64,000 bases of DNA from Epiperipatus broadwayi (Eukaryota; Animalia; Onychophora): positions 20,088,001-20,152,000 of the forward strand of contig JAQFVV010000007.1 of the NCBI GenBank assembly GCA_028023455.1, read 5' to 3'. The notes beneath the pieces are model-generated. The model was not told the DNA's origin. It worked only from the letters and a program-made list of their open reading frames with translations, and did not search any database. Numbering within the stretch: the first letter of the stretch is position 1; every line of letters begins with the position of its first letter. The position numbers were made by a program, and so were the translations under genes. This document shows, one piece after another, positions 50,396 to 62,820 of the stretch.

Positions 50396-53300
50396 AATTA
50401 GAAATTGACATCTTTAAAAGATTAGTATTGGAAATACAACCTAGTTTGATGCTGAAAATGCATTTTATTTAATCTTTAGATGTTTATTATCAATTTTATT
50501 TAAAGTTGATTAGTATTATTTTTTTTAAAAATATTTTGAAAACAGTTTAAAGCTTGAAAATTGACCTTCTAAAATGGTATGTATATATTAAATAATAATT
50601 TGCTAAAGCTAACTAATTTTCAAATGTAATTCCTAGCACAACGAAGTTTAGTAAATCAGCAGAATATCACAATCTGCTATCAAGACAAGCTCAGTAAATA
50701 AAAAAAATCAAGCTTGGTTTATTTGAAAATTCTTCTAAGCAGATAAAATCTGTTTCACTCATGTTTCAACATTTGTCTATTTAAAAGTCTTAAATATGGG
50801 TAAAATATAAAAGAATCCATTAAGAAGGAATCCATGTTTGATTTATAGAGGTTACCGTGACAACAGATTGCAAGAATTCTATTTGTTTATTAAGCTTTGG
50901 CTGTTGTGCTGTGAATATATATATACATGTGTGTGAGGGCATTATATAAAATACTAAAGTCATTAAAGTGATCAGCTCAATTGTTGTCTCTATAGTAGCT
51001 AAGATTAAACTGACCATAAATGCAATAATCATATATCATATTAAGAAAGAATGAATTGAAAGTGACCATTAGCCATATTATAGAATCAAATTATAATATA
51101 CTCTATTCCTGCTATGATGTATGACTTCAGTGAGATATTATTCTATGTTTGCCATATGTTTAAAATAACATCTCCATGGGATGTGTGGACAAAGTTAATT
51201 GATAAAATTTATCCACAAATCCTTTGGCGGTGTTATTTTAAATATATCGCAAACTTAGAATAATATGTCACTAGAGTAATATGTTATATCAGTGTAATAT
51301 AAAACTTCAAATCTAAAAAAAAATTGGAGAGGTCCATTTATTATGGAAAAAGGAAACAATGCATTATGATACTAATTAAAATAGGTAATATGGCATTTTA
51401 TGCCATCAAAATCATCCTCCCTTCCCCACATACTACAGCACTTTGTATGTTATCATTCATGAAATATTATTGTAATACTTGTGCCATCAAAAACATCCTC
51501 CCTCATCAGCACAATACAACAGTTTGTGCTGTCATAAATATCCACTGTGTGCAATACCAAACTGCAAATCTAAAAAAAAAAACATCTTCTTTCTAATGAT
51601 ATGAAAAACAACCCCAAAACATGTTTCAAATTGCCATCTGTAACAAAGTTTTAACTTTATGTTTTTTTAACCTAAAATAAATGATAAACTGTAAAATAAA
51701 GTTTTAGATTTATCTAAAAATGGTGAATGGTAAGTTTAAATTTCTATTTTAAATATTTATATATAAAGTTTTAGCAAAAAAAATTACACAAATATGTAAA
51801 GTTTCAGTTGTAAATGTAATTTTCAATAGAAAAATGTATTATATTCAAATGATGTGAGAGATGTATTTTATTGTGGGTGAAAAATAATCCACTGGCAGAC
51901 TAAACCATTTAATATCTTCCAAAATGGAAAGGAAAGTGTCAGTTTATTTGACATGGATTAATTATGCCAGTATTCTTGGATGACATGACATCACAAATGA
52001 AAACTTTGAATAAATATTACTGGACACAAATATCGAGTATTACATCATAGCATAAATAATACCAAAGTATCTATAACCCTTAATCCTAGACAACAACTGC
52101 ATAATTTTAAACAAAATTATATAGACTCCACACATACACACATCTCCACTAATGACTAATGATGCAGCAAAGGGCTGTACTAAAGATATGTTTACAAGAA
52201 CAACGCCAAAATACTTACTATAGTATTTAAATTATTTTAGTTTAATAATTTAAAATAATGATTTAAAATTTTATTAATTAATTAGAAGTAATAATAATAA
52301 AAAGTAAATAAAAATGAATTAAAATAAATATTCACCAAACAATACAAATAGATTATTATATCTGGAAGTAATAATAATAATAATGATAATGATGATGATG
52401 ACGACGACGATGATGATGATGGGGTAAATTTAAAGAATTAACATAAACATTTTTAATAGCACAAATAGATTACTATATTTGTTTTTGTCTTGTTTACAAA
52501 TATTATATAGACATTAATTATTTTTAATAGATTGCAACAAAACCATAAATGTACTAATGTTGTTTACACATATGGAAATGGTCATAAATAAAATACCTAT
52601 GTGCACACACAAGTACATCTAGAAATACAAAAGATATTCCAATTATTTAATTATCAAGTGACTTAAATCTATAAAATAAGTATGCTTTTGTATACATAAA
52701 TAATAAATGAACACACCTATATATAATGTGTGTGCTTATTAATAAATAATTCAATTAATTTTAATTATTAATTTACCTTAAGATAAATTTTCATAATATA
52801 TAAATAATTATTTCTATGCTTTCCTACGAAAATACAAACATATTGATTATTATCATAAAATTTGGATTTTCATTTATCATTATCATAAAAATAATGTGAC
52901 ATAATAAAAAACATCACCTTGTTAAACTAATCAAGTCAATGAACAAAATAAAATCTTTTTAGAATAAATTCTACAAAAAAAACATTACTTAACTTTTTCA
53001 AAGTTTTCTATCTCTTGGGATTTGAACCTGTCACTTGTATTTGTTCTCTATGAAGTTTTTTCCTTTAGAATTTCTGCAATCAATTTTCACCTATTCAAAA
53101 CTATTTTTAGAATAAGTGGAAATATAAATGAAATACTTTTATGCCTTCTGCTACCAGGATTTTTTTTCCTTTATTAATAATGGAATTAATATTTTAAAAT
53201 AATTAGTTTACTATAAATAACGCTGCTATAATTTTCCCCATCATCAATAGATTTTTATTATCTGTGCATCTATACATGTGTGCAATATATCTATCAAAAG

Positions 53301-54269
53301 TAAGATTGGCTTTACATTTAGTGAACGGAAAAACATTTTGAATTTTTATTGGCCTCATATATATATATATATCTTTATCAAAATATCTTAGATCAGTCTG
53401 TTATATAGATAATATATGTAACATGTTCTGATTAACAGATATGATAAATCCTGGTGACTATGATCTCAAACCTGTCTTCCATATCATCTGATCTTCAGGT
53501 ATAGCAAGTAGTAGTTGTATGTGCATTGGGCTATGGATAGATACAGAGAAAATTGTAAATATATGCGTCTTTGACTATCCAAAATTATCCCACGTGGATC
53601 CTACTAGAAACGTCTTTATATTCTGTAATATTTGTAATTAAAATATTTCTATCATATGAATATATTGATTAAGAAAAATGATTTAAATAATTCCATTACT
53701 CTCATATTCGCTTAGAATTATTGGGTGTTTCCCTCAGAAAAATCATGGTGATTCTGCAGCTATTTCGATGTTATTATAACTTCTTTTTTTTCCATATGTC
53801 ATAGCTTTTATTAGCATAGGATTTTGTAAATAACAGAATTTTCTCATATTGCTTTTATTGATTTTTTAACTGAAAAAAAAATTGTGAAAAGGTCAGTCTT
53901 GTATCAAGTGTTGTTAAATATCAATCATGTTATTAGATTAAAAGAATGTAATGTTATTGAGAATTAAAATATATTTAAATAATATTTACATACATGAGAC
54001 ATCAATAGCAGGTAAAAATAAAACTATTGTAAAGCATTTTTATAAACAATATCGTATATCATTTTTAACTGCTGTTGGTAACTCACATATTATTATTTTA
54101 TGTAAAAATTATTTAAATATATTTTAATTCTCAACTACACTACATTGTTTTATTTTACTAATACAAGCAAAGCTGACCCACAGCTTTACAAGTGTTAGTA
54201 GAAAAATAGTAATATGATGCAACTAATTATTGAAATAATTTTTAATTTATATATATATCATTGGTTGTG

Positions 54270-54365
54270 TTTTAGAGTTTATAGTTTTTAGCTGGTCTGG
54301 TTGAGTTGTGAATTAGGATAATTTTGATTATTTTATTGATTAGCTTAGATTTAGGCTTTTAATAT
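54270..54365 (+). mobile_element. Short fragment of the PLE pLTR family seen at 5830-5940 and 15290-15400
   Basis: GCTGGTCTGGTTGAGTTGTGAATTAGGATAATTTTGATT matches the reverse complement of 5865-5910. Confidence 0.55.
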
Positions 54366-54405
54366 ATATATGTGTGTGTGTGTGTGAAAATCTTGAATGT
54401 GTGAA

Positions 54406-54535
54406 GTTATCCATTTAAATCAATTTAATTATAAAGCACTTAACCTCATCAGTCTGTCAGTTCACTTTGACTCTTGGCCTGGGGCAGTTGTTCTAGATTT
54501 AGTGCTGTCTAATTAAGTTGATTTAAATGGATAAC
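54406..54535. mobile_element. Family C 130-bp foldback element
   Basis: GTTATCCATTTAAATCAATTTAATT / AATTAAGTTGATTTAAATGGATAAC arms; homologous to 13145-13240. Confidence 0.85.
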
Positions 54536-55599
54536 GTTTTAACTGTTAGGTTCAAATTAGCTTGAGTATGGCTTTAACTCAATCTAAATCTGGCAATTTT
54601 TACATTATCATAGCAAATTTATGCTCATTTTAAAGCTTAAAAAGTGCCGTAAGATGCTGCTCTCTCTAGAATTATTTTACAAGTAAAAAATCAATATTTA
54701 AATTTGAAGCTACAACAATGGGAGAAAGCAGACTTTCCTAGATGCTGATTGGTTGGTTCTCATTTCTAACAAAAGGGAGCACCCATCAATAATTTTCACC
54801 GCTCCAACTTCTATGTTTTGATTTTGAAAATGAATGTTTTAGAGTGTTTTTCTAGTAAAGTGAAGGTGCTGAAATGATTACCAACAATGCTTAGTTTATT
54901 GGTCAAAACAAGGAGGATACATATAAAGCTGAAAATAGTCCTGTATTTGTTTTATATAATATATCTCACACATATATATAGTGTGTGTCTATGAAAATAT
55001 TGAAGTTATAATAAAAATTATCTGTATTTATCTAGAAATATTTCAGTTATGATGTAACTAGAAAATAGCCAATTAAGAACTACCATTGCAAGTTGAAATC
55101 ACATTACCTATAAATAACAATATGGGTATGTGTTTCTGAAATTAATAGTTATCTGGTAAAATAATGACTTTCAAATAAATGAGTTAACAGTAAATAATTA
55201 ATAATCAGTGCTGATTAAGAATGACTTTTGCAGCTTTCTATTTTCTATGCTATTCCTTTTATTTTCTCAATATTTTTTTTATCTTTTTTTAATTTTACTA
55301 TCTTGAGTAATTTAAATTGGTATGGGAATTGGTTAAAATAATTGTTTTTGGTTATCATTAATCTCTCTATTTTCATATAAAAGCAAATATGTAAGTACTT
55401 AAGTTAATGTTGCTGTCATCGTTGACAAAATATCAATAAATTCAGATTTATTATGCTAATATCTATAATTATGATTTTGCATAAGATGGAGCAACCAATT
55501 ATGAATCATGTGAAACTGAACTTTAAACAGGGATTTCACTTCTCAAGCACGATTATAGATTATAGAATCTAAAAATAGTTTATTTCACAATATTTGGTA

Positions 55600-56110
55600 G
55601 GTTGCTATATCTAATAAATTACTCATTTAAATAGTAAAAATAGTTACAATATCAGTTATGATCATGGAGACAAAGTGAGTAGTAGATGTAGTGTTAGTAA
55701 AAATATGTATTTTAATTTATCTAAACATAGCTTAGTGTGGAATGTATTATTGTATGATTGGCAAATGTGAACAGTGCATGCATGAATTATAAACAGATTG
55801 AAGGCTTTTAAAATGTGATCGTGGAAAAAAATACAGAAAGTTATTTGAATAAATAAAAGGACAAAGCTTTTTTGGAAAGAGTAAAAGAAAAAAAATTTAA
55901 GGAAAAAATTTGAAATAGAAAGGTAAACTGAATTAAATATATACTAAAGAAAAAGAAAAGTTTAATTATAATGTTTTAGAAAGAATAATGAATGGAAAAA
56001 AAAAGAGTGGATAAAATTAACTTTTTAAGGATATAAAAAATAGGAAGAGATATGTGGAATTGTGCAATGAACAGAACACCATGGAAATGGAATCTAATGC
56101 TTGAATATCC
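55600..56110 (+). mobile_element. Old RTE (second lineage) 3' coding remnant
   Basis: VWNVLLYDWQM*T..RLKAFKM*SWKKI resembles VWSVLLYGCETWT..RLEAFEMWCWRRM. Confidence 0.7.
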
Positions 56111-56114
56111 TAGC

Positions 56115-56154
56115 ACCTCACTGAGGAAGCCAGTAGCAGAAACCAATCTGGGGT
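56115..56154 (+). ncRNA. Minimal type I hammerhead motif, core intact
   Basis: ACCTCA-CTGAGGA-AGC cagta GCA-GAAA-CCAAT-C-TGGGGT. Stem I is 6 bp with one G-U; stems II and III are imperfect. Confidence 0.65.
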
Positions 56155-56179
56155 TGGGGATATTCTGAAAAGCTTGTTA

Positions 56180-57835
56180 AGAGCTTTTGAGCTCTATATT
56201 ATAACGATCCAAACGAAGTGGGAGATCGCATCGCACCGCACTGCACTACCAAAGGGCGCCATCTAGGCATTTGAGCCTAGAAAAATTTATAAAGTAGGCA
56301 GATACGTGCTGTTAGGATTCCACTTTATTTACATATTTAGATTGTTAGCCCATTGTCACTAGCTCAGCGGAGACGCCGAGATAAAAATCTATAAATTTTA
56401 TATCTTAAATATAAAAGAATAAAATAATAAAAGCCACTGCCAGAAATTAACACAGAAAAATATTTATTTACGCACATATAAAATCATTCTAAATTCGAGG
56501 AATAAGTTTAACATTTAGATTTTTATCTTAATTTTTAATTTTACATTTAAAATAGCTTGCTATAATGTTTAATATTTTATTTAGAGGGTCGAGTATGAAT
56601 GGACTACATGGGTCTGCATTTGAAAAGAAAATATTCTTCCCTGATTTAACCTTAGGCAACAAATTTCGCAATCAACTGGCACCAATCCATCTGATACATT
56701 CATGTATTCAATGTAGCATGATACGACAACACAAAATACTATATTGTCAGGAATGTACATCTGAACAATAAGTAGAAATAGAGAAGACATTGACTCTCCA
56801 CCAACAGGAATGTGACATCTGTGGGCAAGTAGATCAATAAACTAAAAACTCCATAGGAATGGACTGCGGTCTTCTGCTGACTTACAAACCCATCCATAGG
56901 CAAACAGAGGGTGTGTGGCGTATATCTATAATCCTGCCCGTAGCGGATCTCATACTACATCTACTAATTACACAAATATATCCAATCCATTGAACCAATT
57001 CAACTACGAAATGAATAACCTAAGATTACCCTCCCTTAATACAACTTTACAAAACTATATAGCCATTCGCGCCTGACTTAATTTTAACATTTATATACGT
57101 TCGCACAGATTTATTTAAAAATGTTGGGTATAGATCGATTACACAGATTCCACGGTCAAAAACATTTCAAAATAAACATAAACGATCAAAATACAAAATT
57201 ATTGATACCGACAATTGCAGAGGGAAACTTATAAGTAACCCAATAGTATTCCCCATAAGATACTTGCGTTGTCACCAATAACTTAAAAGACATCCGAATA
57301 AATACATTTTAGATACTCACCGTAAGGTATCATTATTTATCGAATGTCTATATATTTTGATCAAATATGAAAACCAAAATCTAATTAACCGCAAACGAAT
57401 CCATGCAAGCGTCTATAGACAACTTAAATGTAATGCATTTAATAATTTCTACAATAAAATATTACTACACATAAAAAATATTAAAAGGGAAATGATTCTT
57501 TTAACAATCGGGAAAGATATAAAATTAACCATTATTAATTTGATTTAAAACTTACAAAAAGTCAGATAAGAGTCCATTTTAAATAAGTCGGCTTGTTTAT
57601 TAATTTGTTCAACTTGACGAAAGTTCTTGATTGATTTTAAGAATTGTTCCTTTCCTATAGCTTACGGTAGCAGAACTCGTCGGTTCCTGGTGTCAATGTC
57701 CACGGAGTCTTTAATTGAAAGATCGATCTAATGTTCAGGAGGTGGCATTTGCTGGTTCATGGTATCAGTCATTTCATTTCAGAGATAAGTGGGAGAGAAC
57801 GATAAAGTGCGTCTTTATCGCTCGTCTCCCCAACC
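56180..57835. mobile_element. Candidate rolling-circle (Helitron/Helentron-like) element with a decayed Cys-rich ORF
   Basis: TCTATATTATAA start at 56193, stem-loop at 56180-56195, AAGTGGGAGA at 56216 and 57787, 40-nt hairpin at 57791-57830; one plus-strand frame 56565-57548 with scattered stops. Confidence 0.35.
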
Positions 57836-59163
57836 AAGTTGAAAAAAACTCTTCAACTCAATATTTTTTTCTTTTTATATCATCCACAAGGATTCACTGA
57901 ACAAAACGTCACTAATCTGTTTTTTCGTTATGGTCCGGGCCAAGGCTTAGTGCTTCCATTTGTCAAGCTAAAATCTCTTTCTTCTCTTATCTAACTTTCC
58001 ATCTGACTTTTTAATTAAACAGCTTTTAGATAATTAATAAACAATCATTTCCTTTTATAGATTACAGGAATTAATTAATACCTGTTTTTATTTTAACTTA
58101 TGTTATTTTTTTATTAAAATATTTTTATATTTCAATCTTGTATTTTTTTATTTAAAAAAAATACATTCAAATACCTTTTTTTTTTTTGTTTATGAAAAAA
58201 AAAATATTTTTAAAGTTTAGCATCTGTGCGAATGTATATACGTATAACAAACATTTTTAATTTTAGCATTTAGTTTTTTACTTTTATTTGCGAACTTTTA
58301 AGTTTTTATTTTAAATAAATGTAACGACATATTTATATATCGTTACAATATATAACATGGTATTAATTGGCTGTCATTGCTTTTTTGATATGTCTATAGG
58401 ATAGTGCACTACAGAATGACATTTTTGTGGCCAATCTTAATAAAAATTTATTCAGCAGATAGAAACCTACTATCAAATAAAAAAAATATGGCAGGTTATT
58501 TGAATCAATATAAGTCTAAAAGCAATGCAATTAATTTTTAGAATTTCTAGATGTATTTTTGAATGTGTAATAATAATAGTGATGATGATGATGATGGTGA
58601 CAATGATGATAATAATTATTATTATTTATTTAAAAGTTACTTACCTAAAAGGTCATATGTCATTATAACATTTTTTGGACAATTAATATTTTATGCTCCA
58701 CCATTAGATTAAGAAAGTTTGGAGGGAAAAAACCTTTATTCTCTTTTGCTTAATTGATATTACAGCATTTCTTACAAAAAAAAGCTTCCTTTTTATTTGG
58801 AAGCTATAATTCATGCAATGAGAAAAAAAAAATGTATAAAATTTATTTTTAAAAAAGAAAAGTTTTTACTAAAGTAATTGCTTTTTTGATATTTTGTTTG
58901 TCTTATAGTATATGGATTTCTTAGGCTGGAAAGTCCCTATAAAGAAACTTACACGCTACCACATCCACACAAAAAACAAACCTTTGCTATGAAAGATGTC
59001 ATTATTAAATTTAATGAATAATATTTATGCAGTGTAATTTTCACTACACCCCTCTTATACCAGGTGGGTAGACACTGTACTTCTACTTGCTTTTGACACC
59101 TTGCCAAAGAATGTAATTATAAACATACAATCAAAAACATGGTAAAAAGATGTATAAATCCCA

Positions 59164-59250
59164 TGTAAATTTCATGTTGAATCAGCACTCATCAATTGGC
59201 CCAGATCTCAAATTCTTATACATATCTTTATGATTATTTGACATATATAC
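59164..59250 (-). mobile_element. Family A loop fragment with a decayed HHR
   Basis: Reverse complement GCCAA-TTGATGA-GTGCT gattc AACAT-GAAA-TTTAC. Confidence 0.6.
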
Positions 59251-59254
59251 ATAT

Positions 59255-59410
59255 ATGATTTCATATTATTATTATTATTATTGGGATATTCTTATGATTT
59301 GAAAAAGAGGATACTCTGAGGAAGGTACTTGTTATTGTACTGAAACATCAGCTATTTTCTATATTACTACACGGAATATCCCAAAAATAATAATAATAAT
59401 ATGAAATCAT
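59255..59410. mobile_element. Family D 156-bp foldback element with an HHR in the loop
   Basis: Arms ATGATTTCATATTATTATT..GGGATATTC (59255-59291) / GAATATCCC..AATAATAATATGAAATCAT (59374-59410). Confidence 0.85.
59313..59352 (+). ncRNA. Minimal type I hammerhead motif, core intact
   Basis: ACT-CTGAGGA-A-GGTAC ttgttatt GTACT-GAAA-CAT-C-AGC. Confidence 0.72.
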
Positions 59411-60559
59411 CATTTATCCATTAAAATATTAAAATTAACAATATATATATATTGTACTGGTCAGAATTGTATGTTCATCTAATAAGAACCAGAATCTAGG
59501 CAAAAGTACATCAAATCCACTTATGCCTGAGATACACAGGTCGGGAGCAATCGTGGATTCTGCCCTATTTACCCTTCTCTAAAACTATAACATTATGAAC
59601 AACATTTCTGATGATAACAGATGAAATTTATTAATTCCAGTCCTGGAGACACAGTGGAGAAACAAGATCTACAGGGAAATATTGGTACCACATGATTTCA
59701 AACCCCTAATAAGAAGTGCTATCTTCTAACTATATTACTATTTTGCTGAGAATCATTAATAAATGTATTAGACTGCCTTAAGATCAATAGACTCTATGAT
59801 ATATAATGCAATCTAATTGGTGATGTGCATGCATGATATAAAACACCCAAGAATGATTTATTAAAATGTTAATTTATTTATGATAATAATCGGTTAGTAA
59901 TTGTGTAAATATATATGGGTAATATACTTTAAATAAATACACTGGTGAATCTATTGAAACATGCATAATTAATAACATCTGGGTTTCATGTAATTATTTG
60001 TAATGATTTGCATATTCTAAAGGTTACATAATGATTAAAGGATACACAAATATAGGTTACATAGATAAGTAAAAGTCAATAAATAATCGAGATGAAATAT
60101 GCTAATGGAAGATATCAAAATTTACAATGATTTTAGATTTTGCATGCCATGATTTATTCAAAAGAAAATAATTGATCTTACTGAATAAAGTGAAATTTGA
60201 TTTACACAATTCTGTTTTGTTTGATTATTCTAACCATACATGAAAACATTTCATAAATTACCAAGTTTATTCAGTCATTAATTAGACTTCATCAATCATT
60301 TTAAAAGAAATGGTTATTTGTATATTTTAGCAAATAATTCTGATTTGACAACATTTATTGGAGGTTATTATAAGATCGTTTAATAACTGAGTGGGTAGCA
60401 TAAATCAGCTTTATCATGAGCTTTCTAACTTATAAGATATATAAAAGGAAAGAATAGAATGGTTTACAAAATCACAGCATTACGATTTATAGATTAATAG
60501 TGAGCAATATAAAGTATTAATTAATAATCATAATGCTGACCTACATGATAATGCCAGAA

Positions 60560-60830
60560 AGGTTGAGTATGATTTTAGAATGAGAGACTTCATCAACTAA
60601 AATGCACGAGACACTCAACTGTACTTATGACAGATAGTGCCTGAAGAAATGGTTGGTAGAGATTCCATGGTTCAGCTTTCTGATATTATCCCATGCAGAG
60701 CCTAATTACAACCTGACACAATCCTGGAGTCAGTGCTTCCAAATTCTGTTATAAAATATGCCTTTACAAAGTGATCCAGGACCTCCAGATATTAGTTTGA
60801 CAAAGCAAGATATATGGATTTTATAACATT
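60560..60830 (+). mobile_element. Decayed RT remnant, Rex1/Babar/L2-like
   Basis: With frameshifts reads SAF.IIP..LIT.*HNPGVSAS, resembling YSSAFNTIIP.KLITKL..LGLS.S. Confidence 0.45.
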
Positions 60831-62676
60831 ATTAAGGATAAGCAACGCTAATAGAAATCAGATCCTTAATGACACTGCTATGTTAACTAACCCTGTAATT
60901 AAATAAAATCTAGCCTAATGGCATGACACAATTTAACCCATCCCTAAAGGTACACAATTGACCTTAAATATTAGAAAGTCAAACATCAAAAGAGAGGGAA
61001 TATATAGTTCCATTCATTAAAAAAATATTAATATGCTTAACGAATTGGAAAGTTACATTTACCATGCTGGATGGCGTGAATTACGAATAATTGATTATTA
61101 GTAAAAGCTAAGGTCACTAACCTTTATTTACATAATATGAAAATTCACTAAATCAAAAGCATTAATATAGTAATAATTTGATATCTTAAATATCACCATT
61201 AAACACATAAAACAATTTATTAACATTATTCAAGACTTCGAGTTTGGTAAGAAAGCTTACATTTAGGTGTTTACGATTTCATAATGGCAGAATAGAACAT
61301 TAAGATAAGATTGGTTCACTAGATTGAATTATTAGCATATTAAATAAAATATAATCAAACATAAAATAAAGTTAAAAGTTCACCATATTTGAAATAATAA
61401 GATAGCAAGAGTGAAACACAGCAAGTATGTTTAAAAAATAAAAATTATAGATTCATGCATTAGATTTTACACAGAGAAAGTCATTACTTTGAGATTTATG
61501 ATAATCGGCGCTACATCTCCAATTATAAAATAGACAGAGAGTTACATTTTACTTTATATAAATTAATACATAGATGGAGGTTTTAAGAGTTCATATTGGC
61601 GGCAAAGACAGAATTACTTTCTGTTATTTGAAGACTTGATGGCTGTACAGGTTGATACGCGGATGGGAAAATAATGTGGAAAAACATGGTCAGCAATGCA
61701 GATTTTTGGAGAAATAATGGTTGACATTCTTTAAGAGTTAAATTAACATTTAATTAAGACAGTCTTTAAGTGGAGATGGCATAGCGGTATGGAGGCGATC
61801 TTGAAAAGATCGGGAAAGTAAATTTCTTCCACTACTCAGAAGTAATATTTTAAAAATTTGAGTGACGCAGGTTCATTCTGCAATACCTGAAAATAAAACA
61901 CAGAGTCTGTAGCACAGAATTTTGGTCTGTATTTATACACCACCAAAACCTTCTAGAACTTTTTATTTGTCCTGCTGCTGGCAAGACCCGGATGTACATT
62001 AACTGACTTGACTGCACTTATCCTTTGTTAATGGTTACATTTTAAAGATGACAATGAGATAAGTTCAAGAGAGTATTGTTTCAATCTATTTTGAGTTGGA
62101 AATAGATTCATGAGATATATTTTCCATTAATATAGGATCTTTTTAAATAAATCTAGTTTACTGAAGACATTTTAAATTTAAACAAGGTACGTTCTTTTGT
62201 TTGCAAATTTCAGTTATATTAATTATTCTCTAGAACTTTCTCTGGTATTACATCAGCTTAAATAAAATAATACACGAATTATAAATACAAAGAAATAAAG
62301 TAGTTAATAATATATAATTATAATAGTTGCAGCAATCTGTGAGACATACACACACATACATGACTATTTACGGTATTGGAAATTTAAATACTTACGAATT
62401 AAAGTAATATTATTCAATCAAAATAATGCTTAACTAACAAAAGAGGGGCAATAATCACGTGTATATGTGTACTTTCACTCTCTAGTGATTAACGAATATA
62501 AAAATGGGTTTGAACCTCTGGTTGAAGGTTCCTAATATCACCAGACAGTGAAGCAAAAATATATATAACAGATTTTACTGCTTCAATATATATATATAGT
62601 CTATTACTAGAGAGTAATTGATAAGTGTCAAATTTGCTGTCCTCCCAACTTTGACACATATGATTTGATATAAGTA

Positions 62677-62820
62677 TATTAATATTTTATTAGACTTTCA
62701 TTAATCTAGAGATTATCCACTTAATGAATAATATTTCTGTAGTAAAAATTACACTACAGAAATATTATTTTTTAAGTGGATAATCTCTAGTCTAATGAAT
62801 GACTAATAAAATTATTAATA
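62677..62820. repeat. Near-perfect 144-bp palindrome (about 67-bp arms, 9-nt loop)
   Basis: CTAGAGATTATCCACTTAA..AATAATATTTCTGTAGT / ACTACAGAAATATTATT..TTAAGTGGATAATCTCTAG. Confidence 0.9.

Noticed and set aside
50820-51032. Hydrophobic 70-aa ORF resembling a 7TM receptor C-terminus
   Set aside because: In-frame stop just upstream, no splice support and no diagnostic motif. Hydrophobic frames are common in AT-rich DNA.
51401-51535. Two 81-bp-period repeats TGCCATCAAAA.CATCCTCC as a CRISPR-like array
   Set aside because: Only two diverged units with similar spacers in a eukaryotic context; an ordinary tandem duplication.
53445-53505. Minus-strand CTGAAGA-TCAGA..TTTGA as an HHR
   Set aside because: GAAA is absent and stem I is unpaired.
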